Below are positions 11,510 to 22,140 of a stretch of 64,000 nt of DNA, piece by piece; the first letter of the stretch is position 1; each line of letters begins with the position of its first letter. The DNA is from Mobula hypostoma (Eukaryota): NCBI RefSeq assembly GCF_963921235.1, contig NC_086097.1:145330001-145394000 (forward strand), in the 5' to 3' direction. Both the position numbers and the translations under genes were made by a program. Under the pieces are notes generated by a model. It saw nothing but the letters and a program-made list of their open reading frames with translations, had not been told where the DNA came from and made no database searches.

Positions 11510-11710
11510 ACTGCAATCAACCTACACTAAGAGATAATTTACAAAAGCTAATTAACCAATTCAAATACCTTTGAGATCTGGAAGGAGCTGGAAGCTTTCA
11601 AGAAACCCGCAAGGTCATGGGAGAATGAACAAACTTCATACTGACAGCACCCAAAGTCAAGATGAAACTGAGAAGGCCTGATATGTGTGGCACCAGTAGA
11701 TGCATCACCA
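11510..11710 (-). mobile_element. Degenerate V-SINE
   Basis: The reverse complement resembles the V-domain GGGTTT..CCGGTTTCCTCCCACA..AAAG and the SINE at 63370. Confidence 0.55.
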
Positions 11711-11980
11711 TAAAGTGGTACAAGTAGTTATGAACTGGGAAGACGCATAACAAATAAAACTTAATGTGCAGGGAAATGAATTGATTTATTTTGAAAAGAA
11801 TGAAAATAAATACACAATAAATAATATTAAGGGATACAAGAACAGACGAATCTGAAGATGCATGTACACCAATCTCTGAAGGTGTCATGACAACCTTAGA
11901 TGGTTGTCAAAAATGCATACAGTGCATTTCGCTTACAAAGAGGCTGACTTTCAAACTATGAATGCTACATCCAGTTGCAA

Positions 11981-12183
11981 ACACAATATCTGCAGATGCT
12001 GGAAATCCAAGCCACACACACAAAATGCTGGAGGAACTCAGCAGGTCATGTAGCATCTTTGGAAAAGAGTAAACAATTAACGTTTCATTCCGAAAAAGGG
12101 TCTCAGCTGGAAACATCAACCGTTTGCTCTTTTCCATAGATGCCGCCTGGCCTGCTGAGTTTCTCCAGTATTTTCTGTGTGAT
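11981..12183 (-). mobile_element. Penelope-derived fold-back short element
   Basis: Inverted arms ACAAAATGCTGGAGGAACTCAGCAGG / CCTGCTGAGTTTCTCCAGTATTTT; the same sequence ends the Penelope at 58140-58235. Confidence 0.75.
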
Positions 12184-13927
12184 GCATGTTATATCCAAGC
12201 TTCATTTAGTACATATTAAAAAGAAACAGTTTGGTCCCAGATGGAGTACACTCCCCAATTCTGAACGCAATATCCTTGGAAAGAATATCAGGGCCTTCCA
12301 AAAGCAGTTAGACAGAGGATTTAATAGAATGCAATTGTGAATGAAAGTAGAGATACTGGACAAACTGTGGTTTTCCTTGAAAAAGAATTAAAAAAATAAT
12401 AAAAACATTATACTGATCTATCTGCACTTCTATCTGTCCATATTATGACTATCAAGATCTTGGAAAGATTTTGATAATTAGTAGGCAAACTTTCTCCACT
12501 GGAAGAATGAGGATCAGTAAACAAAGGACACAGATTTAAGATGATTGAGAGATAAACTGAGGGAAAATAAAAAGTTTTAAATTCTGTGCAGCGGATCAGG
12601 AAAGCACCACTTGGAAGAGTAGTGGGTAGTACATTCAATAAAATCCTTTATGGAGTCTTGCAAATACCCAAGGTAAGAAAGTTGCAGAATGAGGTGGAAT
12701 GAATGGCCAACCACCTGGATAGCTTTTCCAAACACCGAACACATGAAGACACAACAAAACTCCCCCTTTGTCCTGTTATCCCAGGGTTCCATATGCCATC
12801 ATGCAGCTAACTTGCAGACAGTTCACTAACAGTGATGTAGTGAGTGTGTGCGGTTGTGGAAAATGTGATTTGCATGCCACCATCCATTTTGCCTTTTTTC
12901 CAATCACACTTCCGAAAACACAAAGAAATACATCATCACAAGCATGCGTAGCCTTTTGATGAAGCAATGAGAAAATAGCTCATTTATGAAAAACAATTGA
13001 TTTGCATAACTTGAAAGTTAGCAGAACAGAATTAGCTGAAAAGAGTGGGAAGTGAGAAAGTCAGCCTTGTCTTCGCTTTTCTCCAAAAGAAGCCGTGAAA
13101 TCACCTAATCATTTTGTCCCCTGGTTTGAGTGACAGGTGAAGGACAGCATGCTGCTCCTTTTCACACAAAACATTTCCAACAAGTATCAAGAATTTTCTC
13201 CTTACCATTTTAGTTCAAAAGGATCAACAAGTTAAATCTGTGAGAAAATACCTGAATTATGAAATTAGCCTGCATAATCAAATAGTACCCAGCAAAGACA
13301 TGGATTTAGAGGCAATGTTGGTGCATGGATCTCGTCATTGGATTAGAAATTAGTTCAAAGGTTAAAGAAAAAACAGAAGGATGATGAAAATATGCTCTTA
13401 ATAACAGGATGTGAGATGATATTAATGAGGGTATGGTAATAGTCATCAACATGCATTTCCCATACCAGTTGTGGCAAGGTTTGCATGCTATGACAGGCCA
13501 CAGTATGAAGTCAGACAGCATTGTGACAATGATTCCTCTCTTCCCGGTAAGAATGCAATTCATGTACATGTTGAACCGAGTAGGAATGAAATGATGCTGT
13601 CCATCCTGATAAGCCTCCAACCACCAGTCCCCATAGTGTTATCGTAGCTTTCAGATCAGCCTTCCTGAAAGTGAACCGAAAGAATGCACCGGCCTGGATG
13701 AAATCCTGGCTGTGCTTTCAGATTCCCCGTGGATCAACTGGTGGAAGCATTTGCAGATATTTTTAGACTCTCCCTACTACAATCAGAAGTTCACCCGTTT
13801 TCAGAAGACCACCATCACTCTGGTGAAAAAAAAATTCCAAACTCCTCGACCTATGCAACTCCCTCTGCAACTGCACCTTTGACATTCTAACCAACATACG
13901 GCTATCAGTAAGCATAGGCAGGGATAT

Positions 13928-14110
13928 CAGCAGGTCGGGCAGCATCCGTGGAAAAGATCGGTCGACGCTTTGGGCCGGAACCCGAAAGGACGAAGGGTTC
14001 CAGCCCGAAACGTCGACCGATCTTTTCCACGGATGCTGCCCGACCTGCTGAGTTCCTTCAGCGTGTTGTGAGTGTGGCTTTGACCCCAGCATCTGCAGAG
14101 TATTTTGTGT
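13928..14110 (+). mobile_element. Young Penelope-derived fold-back insert with 14-bp TSD
   Basis: ATAGGCAGGGATAT at both 13914-13927 and 14111-14124. 13928-13983 is a near-perfect inverted copy of 13995-14050. Confidence 0.9.
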
Positions 14111-14654
14111 ATAGGCAGGGATATGTCTGCCACAATTATCCTCAGCAATGCCAACCTGTATGCCATGTCCTTAGACCCCACATTAGACCCTCACTATACA
14201 CTCATGACTGTGCAGCCAGATTCTGCTTTAATTCTGTCCACAAGTTTGCAGATGGCACCACCATAGCTGGCTGGATCTCAGATAACCTGTCGATAAAAGA
14301 GTACAGGAAGGAGATACAGTGCATAGTGATATAGTGTCAAGACAGCAACCTTTCCCTCAAGAGCTGGCCATTAAAGTGGGTGAAGAGCTGCCCCTCCTGT
14401 ATGTATCAATGGTGCTGAGGTGGTCCAGCATGTAAATATCACCAATATCTTGTCCTGGTTCAACAACATAGATACTATAGCCAAAAAAGCATACCTCTCT
14501 TTCCTCAGAAGGCTAAGAAAATTCAACATGTCTCTATTGATCACTGCCATTTTTTATAGATGCACCATAGAAAGCATCCTAACCTGGTGCACCAGAGCTT
14601 GGTATGGGGACTGCCCCAAGACCTCAAAACTGCCAAATATATGCCAATATCGGT

Positions 14655-15258
14655 AATCTGTCAAGTAGGGTGCCATGTACAATTCTGATTTGATGGAGAC
14701 AGACGTGAGAGAACAGAGGAACATCTGGAGAAACTTCTGAAATGCCTTTTACACTGCCGCTGTTACTGTGTGATCCTGAATCTCTGGAGGGGAAGGCCCT
14801 GAATCCTCGGCTTTGCTTGTTGCTCAGCGGCTGGGACGGGGTCGAAGTGCTCAGCAGAGATGGTGCTCGGTGCTGAAGGGCTGGTTGGAGGCTCGTTTTT
14901 GGACGGACTCAGAGTCGACTGGGGTCAGGTGCTTCCAAGGCATCGACAGTTGTCGGTGTCGGAGGTTTATGGCAGAGAGAGTTTCTCCCTTCTGCCGCCT
15001 GCTATCAGGAACTATCGGGAGTCGATCAGAACTTTGAGATTTTTTTTACCGTTCCCATGGTCTGTTCTTTATCAAATTATGGTATTGTTTGCACTGCTGT
15101 AACTATATGTTATAATTATGTGGTTTGGTCAGTGTTAGTCTTTGGTTTGTCCTGTTTTTTTTGTGATATCACTCTGAAGGAACATTGTATCATTTCTTAA
15201 TGCATGCATACATTTCTAAATGACAATAAACGAGGACTGAGTGTCCTCATAATCTAAT
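14655..15258 (+). mobile_element. Non-coding SINE-like element with a LINE-type tail
   Basis: CpG-rich body and a TGACAATAAA..CATAATCTAAT tail; it interrupts the Rex1 element. Confidence 0.5.
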
Positions 15259-15267
15259 ATAGCTTGT

Positions 15268-15715
15268 ACAGACATCGTTCTGTGGTCTACCGAAGACAAG
15301 AGAATCATCCTGGTGGAGCTCACAGTACAGTGGGAGGAAAGATGTGAGGAAGCTCATGAGAGGAAGGACCAGGAGTGCAGGGACAAAGGATGGCAGACGT
15401 GACTATTCCCCGTAAAGATCAGCTGTAGATGGTCCAGCAAGCTCAGCATGGAGGCTGTTGTCTGTGTTGGGCCTTGATGAAAATAGCAAGAACCAAGCAG
15501 CTCTCTGAAAGGGGGTGGGGATGGGTGGGAAGGAAGCAGCAAGAGCCTCTTGCCAGATATGGAGCAGGCAAGAGGAGCAGATGGACAGTGACTTGGCCAA
15601 CACTGCTGACCTGCCAACTGGAGTGTGTTGTGGTTAAGGGTTGAAACACTATGAAGGTTGGGCACCACCTAACGACATCTTCTCCTGGCAGTTACCAGAT
15701 GAGGTAATCATAGCC
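15268..15715 (+). mobile_element. 3' fragment of a restriction-like-endonuclease non-LTR retrotransposon (HERO/R2-group)
   Basis: Translation from 15271: DIVLWSTEDKRIILVELTVQWEERCEEAHERK..ECRDKGWQT*LFPVKISCR, and later EAARASCQIW. This fits the PD..ELTVPWE..ERK..KY..GW..VEVGCRG RLE motif. Confidence 0.8.
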
Positions 15716-15809
15716 TTTGGCCAGGAGAACAGCCTCCCCTCCACTGTTCTGTCTACACCTCCCACTGCCTCAAGAAAGCAGCCAAGATAATCAGAGACGG
15801 CTGCCAACC

Positions 15810-16945
15810 CAATCAGATCAAGTTTATCATCACCGGCATGTGACATGAAATTTGTTAACTTAGCAGCAGCAGTTCAATGCAATACATTATCTAGCAGAGA
15901 GAAAAAATAATAAATAAAATAAAAAATAATAAATAAGTAAATCAATTATGTATATGAAATAGATTTTAACATGTGCAAAAATAGAAATACTGTATATTAA
16001 AAAAAGTGAGATAGTGTCCAAAGATTCAATGTCCATTTAGGAATCGGATGGCAGAGGGGAAGAAACGGTTCCTGAATCACTGAGTGTGTGCCTTCAGGCT
16101 TCTGTACCTCCTGCCTGATAGTAATAGTGAGAAAAGGGTATGCCCTGGGTGCTGGAGATCCGTAATAATGGACAATGCTTTTCTGAGAGATCACTCGCTA
16201 AAGATGTCCTGGCTTTGTAGGCTTGTACCCAAGTTGGAGCTGACTAGATTTACAACCTTCTGCAGCATTTTTTGGACCTATGCAGTAGCCCCTCCATACC
16301 AGACAATGATGTAGCCTGTCAGAATGCTCTCCACAGTACAACTATAGAAGTTTTTGAGTGTATTTGTTGACATGCCAGATCTCTTCAAACTCCTAATAAA
16401 GTGTAGCCACTGTCTTGCCTTCTTTATAACTACATCAATCTGGTGGACCAGGTTAGATCCTCAGTGATCATAACACCCAGGAACTTGAAACTGCTCACTC
16501 TCTCCACTTCTGATCCCTCTGTGAGGATTGGTATGTGTTCCTTCGTCTTACCCTTCCTGAAGTCCACAATCAGCTCTTCATCTTACTGACGTTGAGTGCC
16601 AGGTTGGTGCTGTGGCACCACTCCACTAGTTGGGCATATTTCACTCCCGTACGCCCTCTTGTCACCACCTGAGTGAGATTCTACCAACAATGGTTGATTC
16701 GTCAGCAAACTTATAGATGGCATTTGAGCCATGCCTAGCCACTGAGTCATGTGTACATATAGGGTAGAGCAGTGGGCTAAGCACACACCCCTGAGGTGCG
16801 CCAGTGTTGATCGTCAGCGAGGAGGATATGTTATCACCAATCCACACAGCCTGTGGTCTTCTGGTTGGGAAGTCAAGGATCCAATTGCTGAGGGAGGTAT
16901 ATAGGCCCAGTTCTGCAACTTCTCAATCAGGATTGTGGAAATGAT
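15810..16945 (-). mobile_element. Rex1/Babar LINE, 5'-truncated
   Basis: ORF 16662-16847 has [14 protein letters not shown] and KFADES. Confidence 0.85.
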
Positions 16946-17894
16946 CATTCTTTCACATCTTTCAGGCAATATGTATCAAAGCTTGGAAACATACACCACC
17001 AATCTCAAGGCTAGCTTCTATCCTGCTCTTCAAAGACCCTTAAACAGACATCTTTCATGATAAAGATGAACACTTGATCTCCTGACCTTTCTCATAGTGG
17101 TCCTTGCACCTTACTGTCTGTCTGCACTGCATTTTCACTGTAAACTCTAACTATATTCTGCATTCTGTTGCTGCTTTTCTCTTTATACTATCTCAATGTG
17201 TTTATTTTGAAATGATCTGTATGGATAGTACTGTATCTCAGTACATGTGACAATAATGAACCAATTTCCATGGATGAAAAAAAAATTATAGTACGTATCT
17301 TCAGCAGTTGCATGTTAAAAAGAGATTATTCAAATTCAGTGAAAGGGAAATTTGAAATGATAATGAAGTTTATAGATATGAGACATTTATAGGTTCAAAA
17401 AAAATCGTATTGCTTAATGGAATATTTGACTTCATTTCTAGGGGACTAGAAAGTTTGCCTACAGTTATACAGAGGCTCGGTCAGGAACCATCTGGAATGA
17501 GTACCACACCATAACCACTCATGTATGCATTGACTTTTCCTGGCAATTCACCCACTCTATTTTCATTGAGACGTCATTCTGTTAGATTACCCTATATTCT
17601 GATTACTGAAGGTTTTTTTTAGCTCCTTATTAGTGAGTTCCTTGTTCAGTACTTTTGATCTCATCATCATATGATTGTGATCAAATCAGAAGGCATAGAT
17701 TGAAGCCTCGCTCCAGAAGACATGACATTGATACTACTGAGCCGAAATATACTTGTGTAAATCTGAAGTGATTGAATTGTTATTAAACACAATTAGTCTT
17801 AGGTAACATGAATCAAAGATTTTTAGATTGGCAACAATAATGGAGAAGTAACTACAACATTGAAAATAATGAGAATAATGTACTCTCTACTCAC

Positions 17895-18023
17895 AGTTAA
17901 TTTGCTTCCAAGAGAGTTCCAGAGAGCTTTGGTTAAAGAAGCCACATCCAGTGTCTGTTGAATCCATTTGTTAAGATCTATGAATGTCGCAAGAGCATCT
18001 GTGATAGGTTTTGTCTCTGGGTT
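17895..18023 (-). CDS. ALS2CL: ALS2 C-terminal-like protein, coding exon (phase 0/0)
   Basis: ttttcag|...|gtgagt, 129 nt, NPETKPITDALATFIDLNKWIQQTLDVASLTKALWNSLGSKLT; resembles human ALS2CL HHPTRELVVNAVTLFGNLQSFMKQELDQAVATQALWHTLRGRLR (recalled). Confidence 0.9.
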
Positions 18024-18712
18024 CTGAAAATGAGCAAGAGGAGAAACCCCAAATAATTGAACTGAACTTCCTTGTATAATTCCCTCACTTTGATCTTACT
18101 TTATGTAAGACCTCTCACTCAATGTTTTAACTGACAGTTAACTCCACAAACCAACTCCATATTGCATTTCTAGATCAGATTCTAGAAAAAAATAGTTGAA
18201 GAGGAATTAGATAAATAGTAAATGATTAAAAGTTTATAGGGAAAGCGTAAAGAGGAATGGGGCATGCTGAACTGAATGATCTGCATCATAAGTTCAATCA
18301 TAAGGTTTATGTTTCTTCTTAATAAAGACAAAACTTTGTGTGGGTAAACACCAAAACATTTTCTTTACAATATGGCTACAGCTTAACACTGAGCGCATGC
18401 GACCAGCTCACTATCATAGCTTCCAGTGCTGGGGTGAACTGCCAGCGTAGCCCACTGGAAACTGAAGTTCTTTTACTATATGCAATCATAGTAATGCAAT
18501 AAGGTCCAATTCCAATAGTGTAGGATCACACCAAAAGTTAATACATTCAGAAATCACAATTTGTAGTCAACGAGCTTGGATTTCATTGGCTTGCTGATTA
18601 TTAAAGGAAGAAAAGATTGACAGGCAAGGAATCTTAAACTAGTAAAAGAAAGAACATAAAACATAATTACTTCTTTCAGTTTGGTACTTAATGAAAAATC
18701 ACTGGATGGTAC

Positions 18713-18948
18713 ATAAACACAAAATACTCTGCTGATGCTGGGATCAAAACAACACTCACAACACGCTGGAGGAACTCAGCAGGTCGGACAGCATCCGTGG
18801 AAACGATGAGTCGACGTTTCGGGCCGGAACCCTTCGTCAGGACTGAAAAGGGAAGTGGCAGAGGGCCTATAAAGAAGGTGGGCCCCCACTCATCTTTTCC
18901 ACGGATGCTGCCCGACCTGCTGAGTTCCTCCAGCGTGTTGTGAGTGTT
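18713..18948 (-). mobile_element. Penelope-derived fold-back insert with 12-bp TSD
   Basis: TSD ACTGGATGGTAC (18701-18712) / ACTGGATGATAC (18949-18960); inverted arms of ~60 bp. Confidence 0.85.
18809..18844 (-). ncRNA. Minimal type I hammerhead ribozyme-like motif
   Basis: Minus strand reads AGTC-CTGACGA-AGGG(TTCCGG)CCC-GAAA-CG-TC-GACT. Confidence 0.65.
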
Positions 18949-20164
18949 ACTGGATGATACTGTTTTTTGAAAATTGTGTGTCTATTTGACATTTGTCTGT
19001 CCACTATTTAAACTGAAGCAAAATTTATTTTGCTTGAACCCTAACCTTGGTAAACCCATACAGAGGAATTTAATGTATTAACTATTTATTTTCTAATATC
19101 AGATGGTAATTTCTAGTTTAGAATTAGAAGGTCAGTCGTTATTATTCAACTTGCTGCTAGAAGCTGAAAGTCTCAGCCCGAAATGTTGACTGCTTATTCA
19201 CCTCCATAAATGCTACCTGACATGCAAAGTTCATCCAGCATTTTGTGTGAGATATTCTGGATTTCCAGCATCTACAGAATCTTTTGTGTTGCTGCAATGG
19301 ATTTTCTATCACTCAGATATATTCAGAATCAATTACTTAAGGAATTTTAATATAAAATTGGTCATCTCTCATTATTATTACAGGTTTTGGTCAGATTTTA
19401 CTGTTGAAATCTTTAGCTCTAGATATGAAGAATACTACATATACTGGCCTATCAGTACAGACATTGATTCTAGGTTCAAATCTGATCAGATGAATCTTGC
19501 AGCAGATCCAGGTAAAATTTCTAAATCCTCATCAACAGTATATCAGTTCTGGTTCTGAATTACTGCATTTTTAACTCCAAAGAATAATGAGGACAGCTGG
19601 CCGTTTCTTAATGTCACAAATAATTAAATAACTGAATATCAAAGCGTCTTCCCTACACTAATCAGAATTATAATTCAGAACAGCAAAGGTAAAAACACCA
19701 TCTGCTTCCACCTAATTGGCATGTATGTTTGGCTGGAAAAACTCAGCAGGTTAGGCAGCATCTATCGAGGAGTGGAGATGGTTGAGGACTGCATAGGTTT
19801 TGTTGGAACCTGGCTGGACCTCTGTAAGCTGGAATAACCTGGTCAGGTGTAGCAAAACCCAAGCAATGATTAGGCAGCCCTTTCCTGATGGTCCATCTAC
19901 AAAGTTTCCCGGGCAGGCTTTGAAGTTCAATTGAAACGATGTTCATTAAGGCTTCAGATTTCAATGGGATTTCCTTCATTACTTAATAACATCAGGGATA
20001 CCAACAAGATATGGTATATCTGTACAGTATTTAGTCATCCAGCTGTAACCATGCAAATCCCATTGAATTCTAAGCCTGTGTTTATTCACAGAGATTCCAG
20101 ATCTTCAGCACAGTGTGCAAGTCTGTATTACTGTTTGTAATTTGAAATTCTGCAATGCACAGAC

Positions 20165-20321
20165 CTTTACCAAGCCCCTGCTTAGTTTCCTGAGGACGTT
20201 GACATATTTCTGGATCTGTAGGCATACAGGCTCATGAAGGATCCGGTGCAGGCTCATGGGAAGGGAAGCTGAATCCAAATGAAAATACTTCAGAGTTTTC
20301 CTGTTCTTTTTCCAGTAGTCA
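20165..20321 (-). CDS. ALS2CL: ALS2CL coding exon (phase 2/0)
   Basis: atacag| (S)DYWKKNRKTLKYFHLDSASLPMSLHRILHEPVCLQIQKYVNVLRKLSRGLVK |gtctgt; resembles human SEYWRGQRKAL..ALHQPLAHHVQQY. An alternative in-frame donor would end the exon at 20171. Confidence 0.88.
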
Positions 20322-20427
20322 CTGTATTATTTTGAATAATTAGATGATAAGATTAGAATATGTGTGAATAACAACATTTTCAGGACAAATTTTACCAACA
20401 AGTTCAGAATTCTACATTAAATATGTG

Positions 20428-20930
20428 TTCAGTGGCCACTGTATTAAGTACACCTGCTTATTAATGCAAATATCTAATCAGCCAATCACGTGGCAGCAAC
20501 TCGATGCATAAAAGCAGGCAGACATGATCAAGAGATTCAGTTGTTGTTCAGACCAAACATCAAAATGGGGAAGAAATGTGATCCAAGTGACTTTGATTGT
20601 GGAATGATTGTTGGTGCCAGATGGAGTGGTTTGAGTATCTCAGAAACTAATGATCTCCTGGGATTTTCGCACTCAACAGTCTCTAGAGTTTTACAGATAA
20701 AGGTGCAAAAAACAAAAAAAAATCCAGTGAGTAGCAGTTCAATGTGCAAAAACACCTTGTTAATGAAAGAGGGCAGAGGAGAAAGGGCACTGGTTCAAAC
20801 CAATAGAAAGGCATGTGTTACAACAATAGTGTGCAGAAAAAAAATCTCTGAATGCACAATATATTGACCCTTGAAGTGGATGAGTTACAGCAGCAGCAAG
20901 TCCTGTGGTCACTTTATTAGCTACACTCCT
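20428..20930 (+). mobile_element. Tc1/mariner element, truncated (N-terminal HTH only)
   Basis: MGKKCDPSDFDCGMIVGARWSGLSISETNDLLGFSHSTVSRV; end sequence CAGTGGCCACT.TATTA.GTACAC. Confidence 0.85.
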
Positions 20931-21509
20931 GTAGTGGTCACTGATTGTGTATCGAATAATGACGGTTTTCTTTTTCTGCCTTCGTTATAATCTTGACTTG
21001 TAAGTGAACCTTATATGGACATGGTCCGCATCAGATAAAGCTAATGATTCAGTCTTAAAAATAAAACTGCAAATCCTGGAAATTTAAATTAAGACAAAAA
21101 AAATGCTGAAAATGCTCAAAATGTTAACAAGCATGTGTGGAAAGAGAAACAGATGTAATGATTCATATTCAAACCCCTTTGACAGAATCACACAATACAC
21201 TCGAGTAGCACCATCTGCTGATTCTGTTCTCTCTTGCTACTGTCAGCTCCTGTACTGCAGTGAGTTTTGTTTTAAGTGATTCCCTGTCTGGCAATGCTAA
21301 AAACACAGTTCAAGTTCAACTTTATTGTCATGTCTGTACACATATACAACCAAATGAAACAACGTTCCTCCAGAACACAGTGCACCCAAAAAACGTACAT
21401 CACACATAACACATAAACCAAAATATTACCCTAAGTTAATAAAATATAATTCAAAATGCATGTAGTGCACAGCATATGTAAACAGTGAACATCACGGTAA
21501 TCAGAATAA

Positions 21510-22140
21510 ACTCTTCAAGGGCTTCTGCCAGATACAGATATCGATTATATCCGGTGTTTTGATGAAAAACTCTGACACCTTCTTCAGGGATGATGCCTGG
21601 GCAAGTCTAGTCCGGTGGTATTTATACCCTAGTATTCCATCCCTCCTGATTGGTTAGTCCCTATCCAATTAGCTTTTCACTCTCCCACCTTGTTTACAAT
21701 CGAATTCCAGTTCTTACTTAGAGCGGGACCTTCATCTTTGTTAAAATTCTTTTCCTCGTTTTATTTCAATGGTTTCTTTTAGCAGGTGGTCCCAAAAGAC
21801 ATTGGCACAGCGCAGTAGTTTTGTGCCAGTCAATCTTATGGCCATTGGGCATGCAATGTTCTGCTACTGCCGATTTCTCCAGGAAACTCAAACGAATACA
21901 CCTCCTGTACTCCTTGATGTGGGTTTCCACTGTGCATCCCATCTGGCCGATATACACTGCTCCGCATTCACAGGAAATCCTGTAAACACCAGCCTGTCTT
22001 CCCTGTATTGCCATGGTTTCTGGAAGAATCGCCAGGACCCTGAAGATATATCAGATTAATACCACCCACAAATCCGTAAGGAAGCTCAAGTCAAAGATGT
22101 GCAGGTCAAAGGTGATCTGGGACTCAGGTTGGCTGGCGTT
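21510..22140 (-). mobile_element. Penelope-like element 3' fragment (GIY-YIG endonuclease)
   Basis: GVYRISCECGAVYIGQ..IKEYRR..EKSAVAEH. Confidence 0.85.

Larger units (their letters stand above)
13670..17270 (+). mobile_element. Rex1/Babar LINE fragments hosting four nested insertions
   Basis: RT motifs DQL..FADIF, LYTHDC, KFADGTT, FLRRLRKF and FYRCTIESIL; the 3' part resumes at ~15720-15810 and ~16945-17270. Confidence 0.75.

Noticed and set aside
11443..17894. Next ALS2CL exon (start of the PH domain)
   Set aside because: Candidates near 12900-12970 and 13250-13330 lacked convincing similarity and splice phase. The exon probably lies beyond the window start, but I may have missed it.
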